64,000 nt of DNA from an uncultured Clostridia bacterium (GCA_963556825.1 CAUWAM010000004.1:26234-90233), one strand, 5' to 3'. Shown: positions 49,534-60,736, counted from the stretch's first letter. The notes: generated from the letters alone by a model not told the origin. Numbers and translations: made by a program.

Positions 49534-50259
49534 TTAGTTACAATCATTTTTTTTAGATGTATCAGAAATATTAGAAGTATTGATATTATTTTCACAAATT
49601 TCAGGTGGATTTTTAAAGCTCAAATACCAATTGATTCCATTCTGATTTTCAGCAATATATTTTTGTCTTTCTTGTAATTCACAAAATGTTTTAGGGGATG
49701 GAACAATAACTGGTTGACCAGGTATCCAATTAGCAGCAGTAGAACATCCACTGCAATCAGCCATTTGTAAAGCTTGAACTGTTCTTAGAATTTCTGGAAT
49801 AAATCTACCAACATTCAAAGGATAAATTAAAATAGTTCTAACAATTCCTTTGTCATCAATTATAAAAACAGTTCTAACAGTTTCTGTTGAACTTATATCA
49901 TTTGAAATCATACCATATTTTCTTGCAATTTGGCCACTTCTATCTGCTATTATAGGAAATGGAAGTTCAATACCTGATTTACAATATATATCGTAAATCC
50001 AAGCTAGATGAGAAGAGTTACTGTCAATACTTAATCCAAGCAATTCTGTATTTAGCTTTTGAAAGTATGTATGTGCTCTAGCAAAAGCAATCATTTCAGT
50101 AGTACATACTGGGGTAAAGTCTCCAGGATGAGAAAATAAAATTAGCCATTTTCCTTTATAATCATTCAAACACCTTGGTCCAAAACTAGTAATAGCATCA
50201 AACTCAGGAGCTTTTTGACCAATTTTAACATTGCCATTCATCATTAATTCATAGTCCAT
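49534..50259 (-). CDS. peroxiredoxin (Prx6/AhpC-type)
   Basis: FSHPGDFTPVCTTE, LSID, VRTVFIID, YPLNVGR. Confidence 0.92.
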   Translation of the reverse strand: MDYELMMNGNVKIGQKAPEFDAITSFGPRCLNDYKGKWLILFSHPGDFTPVCTTEMIAFARAHTYFQKLNTELLGLSIDSNSSHLAWIYDIYCKSGIELPFPIIADRSGQIARKYGMISNDISSTETVRTVFIIDDKGIVRTILIYPLNVGRFIPEILRTVQALQMADCSGCSTAANWIPGQPVIVPSPKTFCELQERQKYIAENQNGINWYLSFKNPPEICENNINTSNISDTSKKNDCN

Positions 50260-50457
50260 AAAAATTCTCCTTTCATAAATTTGTATATAATATGAAAAAA
50301 ATAAATTACATGTGATAAGAGAAAAAATAATATATAGATGGACGGTTATAAAAAAAGACTATACTTCGTAAACTATAACACAAATTTAGTAAAATATATT
50401 CCAATTAAAAATAAAAAACATGTATAATATAAGAAGTAAAAATAAGGAGAAATAATA

Positions 50458-51012
50458 ATGGAAGATTTAGAAACAAAACGATATTTAATAAGAACGCCAG
50501 AAATGAAAGATGCAAACGAAATATACGAAAAATGGGGAACAGATAAAGAAAAAATGGCAGAATACAAAGAACATAACAAACATAAAAATATAATAGAAAC
50601 AAAAGCACTGCTAGAAGCAGCAATGAAAGAAGCAGAATATGGTACACCTTATTGGTTTATAGAAGAAAAAGAAAATCACAATATAGTTGGATATGTAAAA
50701 GTTCCAACAGCATCTATAAAAGATAAAAAATGTAAAGTTGCATTTTATTTCTTAGAAAAATGGAGAGAAGATGGAACACCACAAGAAGTATTAAAAAAAG
50801 TTATAGAATACCTTTTCAAAGAAAAAAGCATAGAAACAATAGTAATGAAATTTTATGCAATAGATAAAGAAGATACTGAATTATTAGATAGAATATTAAA
50901 TATAATTGGAATGAGAAGGGAAGGCATTTTAAGAAACAGATTAATTAATAGTAAAGGAGAGAAAATAAATCAATATGTATATTCAATATTAAAAGAAGAA
51001 TATGCAAAATAA
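50458..51012 (+). CDS. RimJ/RimL-type GNAT acetyltransferase
   Basis: LETKRYLIR start; GMRREGILR...YSILKEE end. Confidence 0.8.
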   Translation: MEDLETKRYLIRTPEMKDANEIYEKWGTDKEKMAEYKEHNKHKNIIETKALLEAAMKEAEYGTPYWFIEEKENHNIVGYVKVPTASIKDKKCKVAFYFLEKWREDGTPQEVLKKVIEYLFKEKSIETIVMKFYAIDKEDTELLDRILNIIGMRREGILRNRLINSKGEKINQYVYSILKEEYAK

Positions 51013-51075
51013 CTATTGACAGATTGAAGTTTTAGAAATAAAATAGCTTTATAAATGTATAAAGGAGGAAAAGCA

Positions 51076-52008
51076 ATGGCTTTAGTAACAACAAAAGAAA
51101 TGTTTGAAAAATCAATGAAAGAAGGATTTGCAATTGGTGCATTCAATATTAATAATATGGAAATAATACAAGGAATTGTAGATGCAGCAGCAGAAGTAAA
51201 TTCACCAGTCATATTACAAACATCATCAAGTGCAATAAAATATGCAAGAATAAATTATTTAATGAAAATGGTACAAGCAGCTGTCGAAGAACACCCCAAT
51301 ATTCCAATAGCCATACACCTAGATCATGGACCAGATTTTGAAACAGCTAAAATGTGTATTGATAATGGATTTACATCAGTTATGATAGATGGTTCAAAAT
51401 ATGATTTTGAAGAAAATATAGCATTAACTAAAAAAGTAGTAGATTATGCTCATGCACATGGGGCAGTGGTAGAAGCAGAGCTTGGAAAATTAGCAGGAAT
51501 AGAGGATGATGTAAATGTTGCAGAAAGCGATGCAATGTATACAGACCCAGAACAAGCAGAAGAATTTGTAAAAAGAACAGGTTGTGATTCTTTAGCAATA
51601 GCTATAGGAACAAGCCATGGAGCATATAAATTTAAAGGAGAAGCAAAGCTTAGATTTGATATATTAAAGGAAATTAAATCAAGAATACCTAACACTCCAA
51701 TAGTATTACATGGAGCATCAACAGTAATTCCAGAATTAGTAGAAATGTGTAATAAATTTGGTGGAGATATTCCTGGAGCAAAAGGTGTACCAGATGAAAT
51801 ATTACATGAAGCTAGTATATCAGGGGTTTCAAAAATAAATGTAGATACAGATTTAAGACTTGCAATGACTGCAGGTATTAGAAAAGAATTTGCAGAAAAT
51901 CCAAATGCATTTGATCCTAGAAAATATTTAGGAGAAGCAAGAGAATTAATAAAAGAAACAGTAAAACATAAAATGGCAGATGTTTTTGGTTCTGCAAATA
52001 AAGCATAA
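51076..52008 (+). CDS. fba: class II fructose-1,6-bisphosphate aldolase
   Basis: HLDHG, SVMIDGS, EAELG, GTSHGAYK, VLHGAS, KINVDTD. Confidence 0.95.
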   Translation: MALVTTKEMFEKSMKEGFAIGAFNINNMEIIQGIVDAAAEVNSPVILQTSSSAIKYARINYLMKMVQAAVEEHPNIPIAIHLDHGPDFETAKMCIDNGFTSVMIDGSKYDFEENIALTKKVVDYAHAHGAVVEAELGKLAGIEDDVNVAESDAMYTDPEQAEEFVKRTGCDSLAIAIGTSHGAYKFKGEAKLRFDILKEIKSRIPNTPIVLHGASTVIPELVEMCNKFGGDIPGAKGVPDEILHEASISGVSKINVDTDLRLAMTAGIRKEFAENPNAFDPRKYLGEARELIKETVKHKMADVFGSANKA

Positions 52009-52058
52009 ATAAAAATAATAAAAAGTATAACACAGTAAATAAACTGTATTATACTTTT

Positions 52059-52514
52059 TTATAATTTATTAGATAATTGTTGTTTCATTCTTCTTTCAGC
52101 ATCTTTTTTTGCAATATCTTCACGTTTATCATAAAGTTTTTTACCTTTTCCAATACCTAATTCGACCTTAACTAAATTACCTTTAAAATATAAGCTTATA
52201 GGAACTAGACTATAACCTTTTTGTTTTGTAAGACCTATCAATTTATTAATTTCACGTTTATTTAACAAAAGTTTTCTATCACGTAAAGGATTTTTATTAA
52301 AAATATTACCATGTTCATATGGACTTATATGCATTCCAACTATGTATATTTCACCATTTTTAATCATAGCATAACTATCTTTTAAATTAGCCTTACCGCT
52401 TCTGATAGATTTTATTTCAGTACCACTTAAAACAATACCAACTTCTAATTTATCATTAATATCGTAATTATGATAAGCAGTAGGATTTTTCGCAATTAAA
52501 TTATCATTTTTCAT
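52059..52514 (-). CDS. smpB: SsrA-binding protein
   Basis: [37 protein letters not shown]. Confidence 0.96.
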   Translation of the reverse strand: MKNDNLIAKNPTAYHNYDINDKLEVGIVLSGTEIKSIRSGKANLKDSYAMIKNGEIYIVGMHISPYEHGNIFNKNPLRDRKLLLNKREINKLIGLTKQKGYSLVPISLYFKGNLVKVELGIGKGKKLYDKREDIAKKDAERRMKQQLSNKL

Positions 52515-52600
52515 AAAATACCTCGATTCAAAAATTAGTATAATAAAACAAATATAGTATAGCACGAAAAATCCAAAACTGCAATAAATGTTAAAATAAA

Positions 52601-52987
52601 CTAGTCATTATCATCATGATTATTATGACCATTAGTAAATTGCATTGAATAATACCAAACTGCAGCAATAATAGCAATAGCAGCTATACCAAGAATAAGC
52701 CAAGTCCAAGTATTTGTAGACATTCCTAACATATTAGAATTACCAGTAGAAACCCTAGAAGTATTATAATTACCAGTACCAGTTTTCATACCATTTTCAA
52801 CAGAACCAGTAGCATCTTTAGAAACATTAGAAACATCTTTTGCAACATTTTCAACAGTATTCTCAGCACCACCAACTACATTTCTGACATCATTAGCAAC
52901 ATTTCCTAAACCATCTGTAGCAAAACAAACAGTAAAAGAAAAAATTGAAGCTAAAACTATAGTTATTGATAATAAAATTTTCTTCAT
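52601..52987 (-). CDS. small secreted/membrane protein (signal peptide, low complexity, C-terminal TM)
   Basis: AAGGAGG RBS; sigG-like GTATA-N17-AATAATA upstream. Confidence 0.75.
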   Translation of the reverse strand: MKKILLSITIVLASIFSFTVCFATDGLGNVANDVRNVVGGAENTVENVAKDVSNVSKDATGSVENGMKTGTGNYNTSRVSTGNSNMLGMSTNTWTWLILGIAAIAIIAAVWYYSMQFTNGHNNHDDND

Positions 52988-53117
52988 GATAGATCCTCCT
53001 TAAAAAATGATTTAAATTTATTTAAATCTAATAATATTATTTTAAAATTTGGACAAAATATACAGGTAAAAAAAGAAAAAAGCAGAATATTGTAAAATTC
53101 TGCTTTTAATTTAAAAT

Positions 53118-53453
53118 TTATTTTAATTTAATTAAGATAGCTACAGCTAATAATATTAAAACAATACCTACGACAATTAATAAAATGTTCAAAATATTAG
53201 ATAAACTTAAACCAGAATCAATATGAACATTACTAACTTTTGCTGAATTTGTAGCAGAAGTGTTAGTATTAGAAGTATTTGTAGTAGATGAATTTTCAGA
53301 AGAATTATTATCTGTATTTGAAACATTACTTGAATTATTCGAAATATTTGAAGTGTTTTCTGATAAATTTAAATCTACAGCATTTACTGTTAATGGCAGT
53401 AAAAATACGAACATAATCATTATAAATATAATACTTTTTGCTATTTTTGACAT
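53118..53453 (-). CDS. small membrane protein with Ser/Asn/Thr-rich loop
   Basis: AGGAGG RBS; signal peptide and C-terminal TM. Confidence 0.75.
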   Translation of the reverse strand: MSKIAKSIIFIMIMFVFLLPLTVNAVDLNLSENTSNISNNSSNVSNTDNNSSENSSTTNTSNTNTSATNSAKVSNVHIDSGLSLSNILNILLIVVGIVLILLAVAILIKLK

Positions 53454-53598
53454 TTTTTTACCTCCTGTTTTTATTTGTTTTTTCCTTTGAATATATTTTT
53501 ATAATAACACAAAGTAACAGTATATGTCTAGCAAAAAATAAAATTTTTAATAAAAAGAACGACTGGAAAAATATCTCCAGTCGAAACCAAAAGCAAAA

Positions 53599-53901
53599 TC
53601 AATTATTGAAAGAAATTATAGAAGTTTCATTTTTAAAATAACCAAAAGAATCATAATTTCTTTTTTTACTAATATAAGTGACAGTATATCCTAAATCAGA
53701 TATAACGGAATTTATTGTTTTATTAGAATAACCAGATTCTAATACTAATTTTGCACCTAAAATACTTCTTGATTGAAAATTATCATTAAAAGAAATAAGT
53801 TCTCTTAAAAATTTAATTTTTGCCCAAGATTTATTTTTCTTATAAACTTCCATTAAATCTTTTGCTTTTGAAACGTTAAAATCCATATTTGTTGATTCCA
53901 T
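53599..53901 (-). CDS. hypothetical protein
   Basis: GAGGAGG RBS; 100-aa ORF. Confidence 0.65.
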   Translation of the reverse strand: MESTNMDFNVSKAKDLMEVYKKNKSWAKIKFLRELISFNDNFQSRSILGAKLVLESGYSNKTINSVISDLGYTVTYISKKRNYDSFGYFKNETSIISFNN

Positions 53902-54036
53902 TTTGTTAATACCTCCTCGATGTTTTATGGGTTTTAATATATATATTTAAAAAATAACAAAAATAATTATATCATCTATGTCGAAAAAAGTCAAAATATA
54001 AAAAGAAAAAATAGCTAAAAATAGCTATTTTAACAA

Positions 54037-54135
54037 TTATCTGCAATTATTGTTGTTGTTGTTTTGTTTTTCATCATTTTGTCTATTATTATTGTTGTTA
54101 TTGTTATTTCTATTTTCTTTATTTTTCTTTGACAT
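54037..54135 (-). CDS. 32-aa Asn-rich peptide (not in the ORF track)
   Basis: MSKKNKENRNNNNNNNNRQNDEKQNNNNNNCR; GGAGGTG RBS; sigF-like GAATA-N15-GGTAAAAATA at 54195-54166. Confidence 0.65.
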   Translation of the reverse strand: MSKKNKENRNNNNNNNNRQNDEKQNNNNNNCR

Positions 54136-54292
54136 TGAAAAGCACCTCCAATCAAATTCTAAAAATATTTTTACCTAAAAATCAAAAAAATATTCATATA
54201 AAATTTGTCTTTTTTATAAAAAAGAGATATAATATAAAACGAAATTAGAAATAAAGCATAAAATAGTATAAAAACAAAAAGGAGAAAAGTTA

Positions 54293-55693
54293 ATGATATA
54301 TGAAAATAAAAAATTAGAAGAATTTAATGAATATATTAGATTTAGAAAAGTAGCTGTAATAGGCCTTGGAGTGAGCAACATACCTCTATTAGATTATTTA
54401 TATCAAAAAAAAGCCAGAGTTACAGTTTTTGACAATAAAAAAATAGATGAGATACCAAAAGAAATGTTGGACAAAATAACTACATATGGATTTGAATTTT
54501 CTTTTGGAGAAAATGCCTTAGAAAATTTAAAAGGATTTAATATTATCTTTAGATCGCCTAGCTGTTTACCAACAAAACCAGAACTAAAAGCAGAAGCAGA
54601 AAGAGGAGCAATTGTTACTACAGAAATAGAAATGCTTATGGAAATGTGTCCATGTAAAATGATAGGTGTAACAGGAAGTGATGGAAAAACAACTACAACA
54701 AGCTTAATAAATCATATTTTAGAAAAAGCAGGTTATAATACATTCTTAGGAGGAAATATAGGAACGCCTTTATTTACAAAACTTCCTGATATGACACCAG
54801 AAGATATTGTAGTATTAGAATTAAGTAGTTTTCAATTAATGAATATGCAAATAAGTCCACAAATTTCAGTTATTACAAATGTAACACCAAATCATTTAAA
54901 CATTCACAAAGATTATGAAGAATATATAGAAGCTAAAAAAAGCATATTTAAAAATCAAAATGAAAATGATATTTTAATTTTAAACTATGATAATGAAATT
55001 ACACGTAGTTGTGCAAAAGAGGCAAAAGGAAAAGTGATATTCTTTAGTGACAAAGAAAAGCTAGATAATGGATTTATTGTAGATGATGGAATTATAAAAG
55101 AATGTGAAGATAAAGTTAGAAAACATATTTTAAATACAGATGACGTAATATTAAGAGGAAAACATAATTTTGAAAATATTGCAACAGCTTTAGCAGCAAC
55201 CAAAACATTAGTTGATGTAGATACAGCAATAAAAGCAATAAAAGAATTTAAACCTGTAGAGCATAGAATAGAATTTATAAGAGAAATAGAAGGAGCAAAA
55301 TGGTATAATGACTCAGCAAGTTCTTCTCCAACAAGAACATTATCAGGCTTAAACTCTTTTAAAGAAAATATAATTTTAATAGCAGGAGGATATGATAAAA
55401 ACTTAGACTATACACCACTTGCAAAAACAATTGTAGAAAAAGTAAAAACACTAATATTAATTGGTCAAACAGCAGAAAAAATCTTTGATGTAGTAAAAGA
55501 AGAACTTGATAAAGAAAATAAAAATATAGAAATATATATGTGTGATTCTTTAGAAGAAACAATAAAAATAGCAAAAAGAACTGCAAAAAAAGGGGAAGTG
55601 GTATTATTTTCACCTGCTAGTGCAAGTTTTGATATGTTTAAAAATTTTGCCGATAGAGGAAATAAATTTAAAAAATTAGTAAATGAAATATAA
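54293..55693 (+). CDS. murD: UDP-N-acetylmuramoyl-L-alanine--D-glutamate ligase
   Basis: GVTGSDGKTT, GGNIG, ELSSFQL, HRIE, YNDS, SPASASFDMF. Confidence 0.95.
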   Translation: MIYENKKLEEFNEYIRFRKVAVIGLGVSNIPLLDYLYQKKARVTVFDNKKIDEIPKEMLDKITTYGFEFSFGENALENLKGFNIIFRSPSCLPTKPELKAEAERGAIVTTEIEMLMEMCPCKMIGVTGSDGKTTTTSLINHILEKAGYNTFLGGNIGTPLFTKLPDMTPEDIVVLELSSFQLMNMQISPQISVITNVTPNHLNIHKDYEEYIEAKKSIFKNQNENDILILNYDNEITRSCAKEAKGKVIFFSDKEKLDNGFIVDDGIIKECEDKVRKHILNTDDVILRGKHNFENIATALAATKTLVDVDTAIKAIKEFKPVEHRIEFIREIEGAKWYNDSASSSPTRTLSGLNSFKENIILIAGGYDKNLDYTPLAKTIVEKVKTLILIGQTAEKIFDVVKEELDKENKNIEIYMCDSLEETIKIAKRTAKKGEVVLFSPASASFDMFKNFADRGNKFKKLVNEI

Positions 55694-55746
55694 CCAAACC
55701 AAAAACTTTTTCATATTATATAAAAAATATGAGGAGGTTTTTTATT

Positions 55747-56325
55747 ATGTATGATGGAACATATGATAATTACATAAGAAGTGTTTTAGGCTATCAGCAA
55801 AATGAAATATATGATTATGGGTATAATAATTATAGAGTACAACAAAATGAAAATATAGTTAGACAAAATACAAAATTAGAACAATGTTATCCTGAAATTT
55901 ATAAAATAGTATATCCAATGGTATCAAAAAGATGCCAAAATGTAAGAGGAGAATTAACAAATGAGGAAATTGAGAATATGACAGATGAAATATATTTAGC
56001 TTTTGAAGGGAAAAATGATGTTCAATTAAATATTAACCTAACAAATAATGTTAGAACAACGCAAGAAAATACTAATATAACTAATAAAAAAGCAGAAGTT
56101 AAATTGTCAGAAAATACAAATGAAAAAAGAGAAACAAGACAAATTAATAGAGGACTAAGAGATTTAATAAAGATTTTATTAATAAGAGAATTATTAAATA
56201 GACCAGGACACTTCCCGATACGTCCACCAGTTAGACCACCTATGAGACCACCATTTGGACCAGGAGGAAGACCACCATTTCCAAGAGAATTCGAAGTAGA
56301 TAATTATGATTTATATGAGATGTAG
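55747..56325 (+). CDS. hypothetical protein with Pro/Arg-rich tail, likely spore-coat related
   Basis: YPEIYKIVYPMV, 'DLIKILLIRELL', RPPVRPPMRPP; sigK-like AC..CATATTATA upstream. Confidence 0.6.
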   Translation: MYDGTYDNYIRSVLGYQQNEIYDYGYNNYRVQQNENIVRQNTKLEQCYPEIYKIVYPMVSKRCQNVRGELTNEEIENMTDEIYLAFEGKNDVQLNINLTNNVRTTQENTNITNKKAEVKLSENTNEKRETRQINRGLRDLIKILLIRELLNRPGHFPIRPPVRPPMRPPFGPGGRPPFPREFEVDNYDLYEM

Positions 56326-56458
56326 TGTAAGCATAGAGGGAGAGAATATCTCCTTTTTTTATAGTTCAAAATTTCCAAAATATACAAAAATAAATTGTAT
56401 ATTTTTTGTTTTTTGATAAATAATAAATTATGAGAAAATTAGAAAGGTGGTTAAATAA

Positions 56459-56905
56459 ATGAAAGTAAAAGATTGTATGTGTAACGATGTTTGCTGTGTA
56501 AAACCAGAAACAAAAATAAATGAAGTAGCAAAATTAATGAGTCAAAAACATATAGGATGTGTTCCAGTATGTGATAATAATAACTGTATATGTGGTATTA
56601 TAACAGATAGAGATATATTATTAAGGAGTGTTGCTTGTGACAAAGATACTTGTCAAACAACAGCGAATGAAATAATGTCAACAAATGTATGTACTTGTGC
56701 AGAAAATGATGATATGACAACAGCAGAAAATAAAATGGCTGATTATCAAATAAGAAGACTTCCTGTATGTGATGAAAATAATCAGGTAATAGGTATTTTA
56801 ACACTAGGAAATTTGGCACAAAATGATAATGAATTAGGAAAACAACAAGTAGCTACAACAATAAACGAAATATGTAACTGCCATAGTAATAAAAATGCTG
56901 AATAA
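56459..56905 (+). CDS. CBS-domain protein (YlbB/YhcV-like)
   Basis: MKVKDCM, GIITDRDI, QIRRLPV; sigG-like GTATA-N17-AATAATA upstream. Confidence 0.88.
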   Translation: MKVKDCMCNDVCCVKPETKINEVAKLMSQKHIGCVPVCDNNNCICGIITDRDILLRSVACDKDTCQTTANEIMSTNVCTCAENDDMTTAENKMADYQIRRLPVCDENNQVIGILTLGNLAQNDNELGKQQVATTINEICNCHSNKNAE

Positions 56906-56994
56906 TTTTTCAAAAGAAGCTTTTTAAGCTTCTTTTATTATATTAATGTATGATTAATATAATAATTACATATAATTAAAATAGGAGAAAAATT

Positions 56995-58092
56995 ATGATT
57001 ATTGATATGTCTTATTGGACAAGAGTTGTCAAAAGAATTTTATATGTTATATTAATTTTAATTGGACTAATAATTGCATTAAAATTATCGGTTTTTTATA
57101 TGCCATTTTTAATTGCTTTTGTTATATCACTTATAATAGAACCAGCAATTAGATTTATAATGAAAAAATTAAAATTAACAAGAAAAATAAGTTCAATTAT
57201 AATTTTCATATTAGTCGCAGGTCTTATTTTAGGAGGATTGACATGGGGAATAATAGCATTATTTTCAGAAGCTTCTAATTTATTACAAAGTTTAAATTTT
57301 TATGTTGATAAAATATATAATTTATTTCAAAATTTTACCACTAGATTTGATTTTGATAAAATACATCTACCAAATGAAATAAACCAAGTACTCCAAAATT
57401 CAACAGGAGGAGTTATAAATACCGCTTCTACATGGCTCAGAAACTCATTAACTGGATTATTAAATATAGTAACATCGATTCCAACAATAGCAATATATTT
57501 TGTAGTAACAATAATGGCACTATATTTAATATGTGTAGATAAAGTATATATATTAGACCAAATTGAACACCATTTACCAAAAAAATGGGTGTTTAAACTA
57601 GGAACTCATATAAAAGAATTAACAAAAACACTAGGCGGATATCTAAAAGCAGAAGTAACATTGATATTAATTTCTTTTATTATTTCGTTAATTGGTTTAT
57701 ATATATTAAAATTTGCTAATTTCAACATAGAGTATCCATTATTAATGGCATTATTTATAGGATTTGTAGACGCACTTCCAATACTAGGTTCAGGAACAGT
57801 AATGATACCATGGGCTGTTATATCAGGATTAAATGGAGATGTAAATCTAGGAATAGCTATTATAGTATTATTTGCAATAATGTCAACAATAAGACAATTT
57901 TTAGAACCAAAATTAGTTAGTAAACATATTGGAACACATCCAATTTTTACATTAATTGCTATGTATACAGGATTTAAATTTTTAGGAGTAATAGGTCTTT
58001 TGATAGGTCCAATTATTTTAATTATTATAAAAAATGTTTTTGCAACTTTTATTGATGAGGGAGTGGTAAAGACAATATTTGATAAAAAATAA
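56995..58092 (+). CDS. ytvI: sporulation integral membrane protein YtvI (AI-2E family)
   Basis: PFLIAF, VDALPILGSG..IPW, RQFLEPKLV, GTHP. Confidence 0.88.
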   Translation: MIIDMSYWTRVVKRILYVILILIGLIIALKLSVFYMPFLIAFVISLIIEPAIRFIMKKLKLTRKISSIIIFILVAGLILGGLTWGIIALFSEASNLLQSLNFYVDKIYNLFQNFTTRFDFDKIHLPNEINQVLQNSTGGVINTASTWLRNSLTGLLNIVTSIPTIAIYFVVTIMALYLICVDKVYILDQIEHHLPKKWVFKLGTHIKELTKTLGGYLKAEVTLILISFIISLIGLYILKFANFNIEYPLLMALFIGFVDALPILGSGTVMIPWAVISGLNGDVNLGIAIIVLFAIMSTIRQFLEPKLVSKHIGTHPIFTLIAMYTGFKFLGVIGLLIGPIILIIIKNVFATFIDEGVVKTIFDKK

Positions 58093-58149
58093 ATAGTATG
58101 ATAAAATAAATTCGTGAAAAATAGAATAGTAGTGAAATGAGGTAAAATA

Positions 58150-58809
58150 ATGAATAATGATTTTAAAACTTTAAATTTTTTAGGAACAGATTCGGGTTTT
58201 GGGGAAAATAATAATTCGGCTTTTATAGAAAATAATAACGAACTAACTTTAATAGACTGTGGGTTTACAATTTTTGAAAAAGTTATTAAAAAGTTTAACT
58301 TTAAAAAATATAAAGAAATAAATATTATAGTAACTCATCTACACAATGATCATGCAGGTTCTTTAGGACAAATTATTCTATATTTATGGTTTATATGTAA
58401 TAAAAAATGCAATGTTATAAGTAAATGCAAAAATATAGAATTGTACTTAGAAATCATAGGAACACCTAAAGATTCATATAAAATAATCCAAGATACAGAA
58501 AATATTCAATTTATTAAAACGGAACATGTTAACGATTTAGATTCTTTCGGTTTTAAAATGAATATAAATAATAAAAATATTATCTATACTGGAGATACAA
58601 AAACTTTAGAACCATTTTTACCATTTTTAAATGATGTAAATGAATTTTATGTAGATGTTTCTAGATATGGTGGCGTACATTTAAAAATTGATGAAATACA
58701 AGATAAATTACAAAATATAGCAAATAATAATACAAAAGTATTTTTAATGCATTTAGATGATAGAGAATATATTAGTATTTTTTTATCAAAGAATATTTTT
58801 CTTGCATAA
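58150..58809 (+). CDS. metallo-beta-lactamase-fold hydrolase (RNase Z-like)
   Basis: FLGT, LIDCG, THLHNDHAGS, YTGDT, MH. Confidence 0.88.
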   Translation: MNNDFKTLNFLGTDSGFGENNNSAFIENNNELTLIDCGFTIFEKVIKKFNFKKYKEINIIVTHLHNDHAGSLGQIILYLWFICNKKCNVISKCKNIELYLEIIGTPKDSYKIIQDTENIQFIKTEHVNDLDSFGFKMNINNKNIIYTGDTKTLEPFLPFLNDVNEFYVDVSRYGGVHLKIDEIQDKLQNIANNNTKVFLMHLDDREYISIFLSKNIFLA

Positions 58810-59049
58810 TACGAATATTTTCGTTAGTTGAAAGCATATGAATCCGTAAGAGTAAAATTTGTAATAAAAATGTAACGACATGAAGTTATGCGGGTTTCAA
58901 GAGATATAATAGTAAAAAGAATATAAAAATAAGAAAATACGACAAAGACACTAAAAACGCTTGAAAAATCAAGCGTTTTTATGGATTTTTCAGCTCTAAT
59001 TTGATATAATTTAGTTGCTAAAAAAATACACAAAGGAGCCAAGAAATCT

Positions 59050-59376
59050 ATGAATAATATATCACAAATATCAATATTTGACTATAGAGAAATAGAAAAT
59101 TTAGGAGATTTAGAAAGATTAAAAATATTCTTTGAAAAAAGAGTATTTACAGGATTTTTAAACAAACTAAAAAACTGTAAAGAAGAAATAGAAGAAATAT
59201 TTAAAAAACTAGTAAAGTTTATGTACGAAAACTTAAAGGGATTTGGAGAAGACTGTGCAATAGATGGAAAATTCTTAGATACATATGCAAAACCATATGA
59301 AAAAGAAAAATGTAAAGACAATAGAGCAGACCATGAAGCAGGAGAAGTATATTACATAGTAGACTTAAACAAATAA
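59050..59376 (+). pseudogene. internally deleted DDE transposase remnant (IS1182/IS5-like)
   Basis: 'QISIFDYREIENLGDLERL' N-terminus joined directly to 'CAIDGKFL' (first catalytic Asp) and 'D.EA'; only 108 aa. Confidence 0.6.
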
Positions 59377-59505
59377 TAGCTTAAGATACACTATCTTAAA
59401 AGATGGCACAAACGAAAAAATACAATACTAAGTTAATTGACTTTTTAAAGATTTTATGTTAATATAATAATATAGACTTTTAATAAGGTAATAGGAGGAA
59501 AAAAT

Positions 59506-60147
59506 ATGACAAATATGATGGACAACAATTATAATTACCAAAAAGACGCAAATATTCTATGTTTACTTGAAGATATAGAATATTGTGAACGGAAAGAGGC
59601 TTTGTTTAAAATAGTAAATGAATTTCAAAAAAATGGAATTAGATATGGCTTAGCTTGTTCTATGAATTTATTTTTAAACGGAATTGTAGATGAATTTCAT
59701 GACTTGGATTTTATAGTAGAATTAGAAGATATTAAAAAGGTCAAAGAAATTATGGAAAGAAGCGGAGCTATTTTAAAAGAAACTGGTGGAAATGGTTATT
59801 GTGAATCAGATGCTTATATGCATTTTCAATTTGGAAGAGTTGATGTTGATATTATATCTGGTTTTAGATTGGTAACATTTGGGACTAATTTCTTATATAA
59901 GTTTAACGAAAATGAAATAACATTTTGTTATATTAAAAACTTTACAATTCCATTAATTCCGTTGGAGGCATTATATTTATTATATTATATGATGGAAGGT
60001 TGGCAGCCAAAGAGACGGTATAAGAGAAAACTTATAGAACAATACCTCATTGTGGAAGGATTATCTTTTTCAAGCATATTAGAAAATTCATTAAAAACAG
60101 AATTACCACCATGGGTAAAAAAACAAGTAAAGCTTCTTTTAAACTGA
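59506..60147 (+). CDS. nucleotidyltransferase-fold protein
   Basis: 'YGLACSMNL..G...HDLDFIV' (degenerate GS...DxD), 'VDVDII'; own promoter and AGGAGG RBS; uses CGG twice. Confidence 0.6.
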   Translation: MTNMMDNNYNYQKDANILCLLEDIEYCERKEALFKIVNEFQKNGIRYGLACSMNLFLNGIVDEFHDLDFIVELEDIKKVKEIMERSGAILKETGGNGYCESDAYMHFQFGRVDVDIISGFRLVTFGTNFLYKFNENEITFCYIKNFTIPLIPLEALYLLYYMMEGWQPKRRYKRKLIEQYLIVEGLSFSSILENSLKTELPPWVKKQVKLLLN

Positions 60148-60187
60148 TTGAAAAAACAAGAGATTAATAGTCTCTTGTTTTTTCAAT

Positions 60188-60736
60188 TTATAACACCCCA
60201 CTAGTAGGAATATAACTATCATCAGGAGGGTAAACATATTCTTCTTTAGGAGTATCAACAGACTTTATATCAGTAATCTTAACAATAGGCATATCACCAT
60301 GATAAGAACCCTTAATAATTTCACCAGTAATTTCTACCCAAGAATCATTATCAAAACTTTTAGCATTATCATATTCACACAAAAAGCCAACAACAACAGA
60401 TTGAGAACTAGAATTTATAATCATATTTCTAGCTAAAACAAACTGATTATCTTGTAAATCAGAAACCCTATAAACATAACCAGTAAAATTTATTTTCTTG
60501 CCTACATAATCATCAATATTTTCATGAACAGTTCTCAAAATATTAGTATAATTCTTGGCAGAAATCTTACAAACTCCAGAACTATCTAGGCTATCTGAAA
60601 CTTTAAAACTATTATTAGAGCCAGAAATAACCTTATAAAAAACAGTACATAAAATAATTATCATAAGAACTATAACAAAAGTAAAAAAAACTTTAAAAAT
60701 CTTACTACCATTAACTTTAACATTAAAAACAAACAT
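60188..60736 (-). CDS. DUF1980/TIGR03943-like membrane-anchored protein
   Basis: YVGKKINFTGYVYR, QFVLAR, WVEITG, YVYP. Confidence 0.7.
   Translation of the reverse strand: MFVFNVKVNGSKIFKVFFTFVIVLMIIILCTVFYKVISGSNNSFKVSDSLDSSGVCKISAKNYTNILRTVHENIDDYVGKKINFTGYVYRVSDLQDNQFVLARNMIINSSSQSVVVGFLCEYDNAKSFDNDSWVEITGEIIKGSYHGDMPIVKITDIKSVDTPKEEYVYPPDDSYIPTSGVL

Noticed and set aside
52059-52600. tmRNA (ssrA) next to smpB
   Set aside because: No GGGG...CCACCA tRNA-like ends or sufficient intergenic space nearby.
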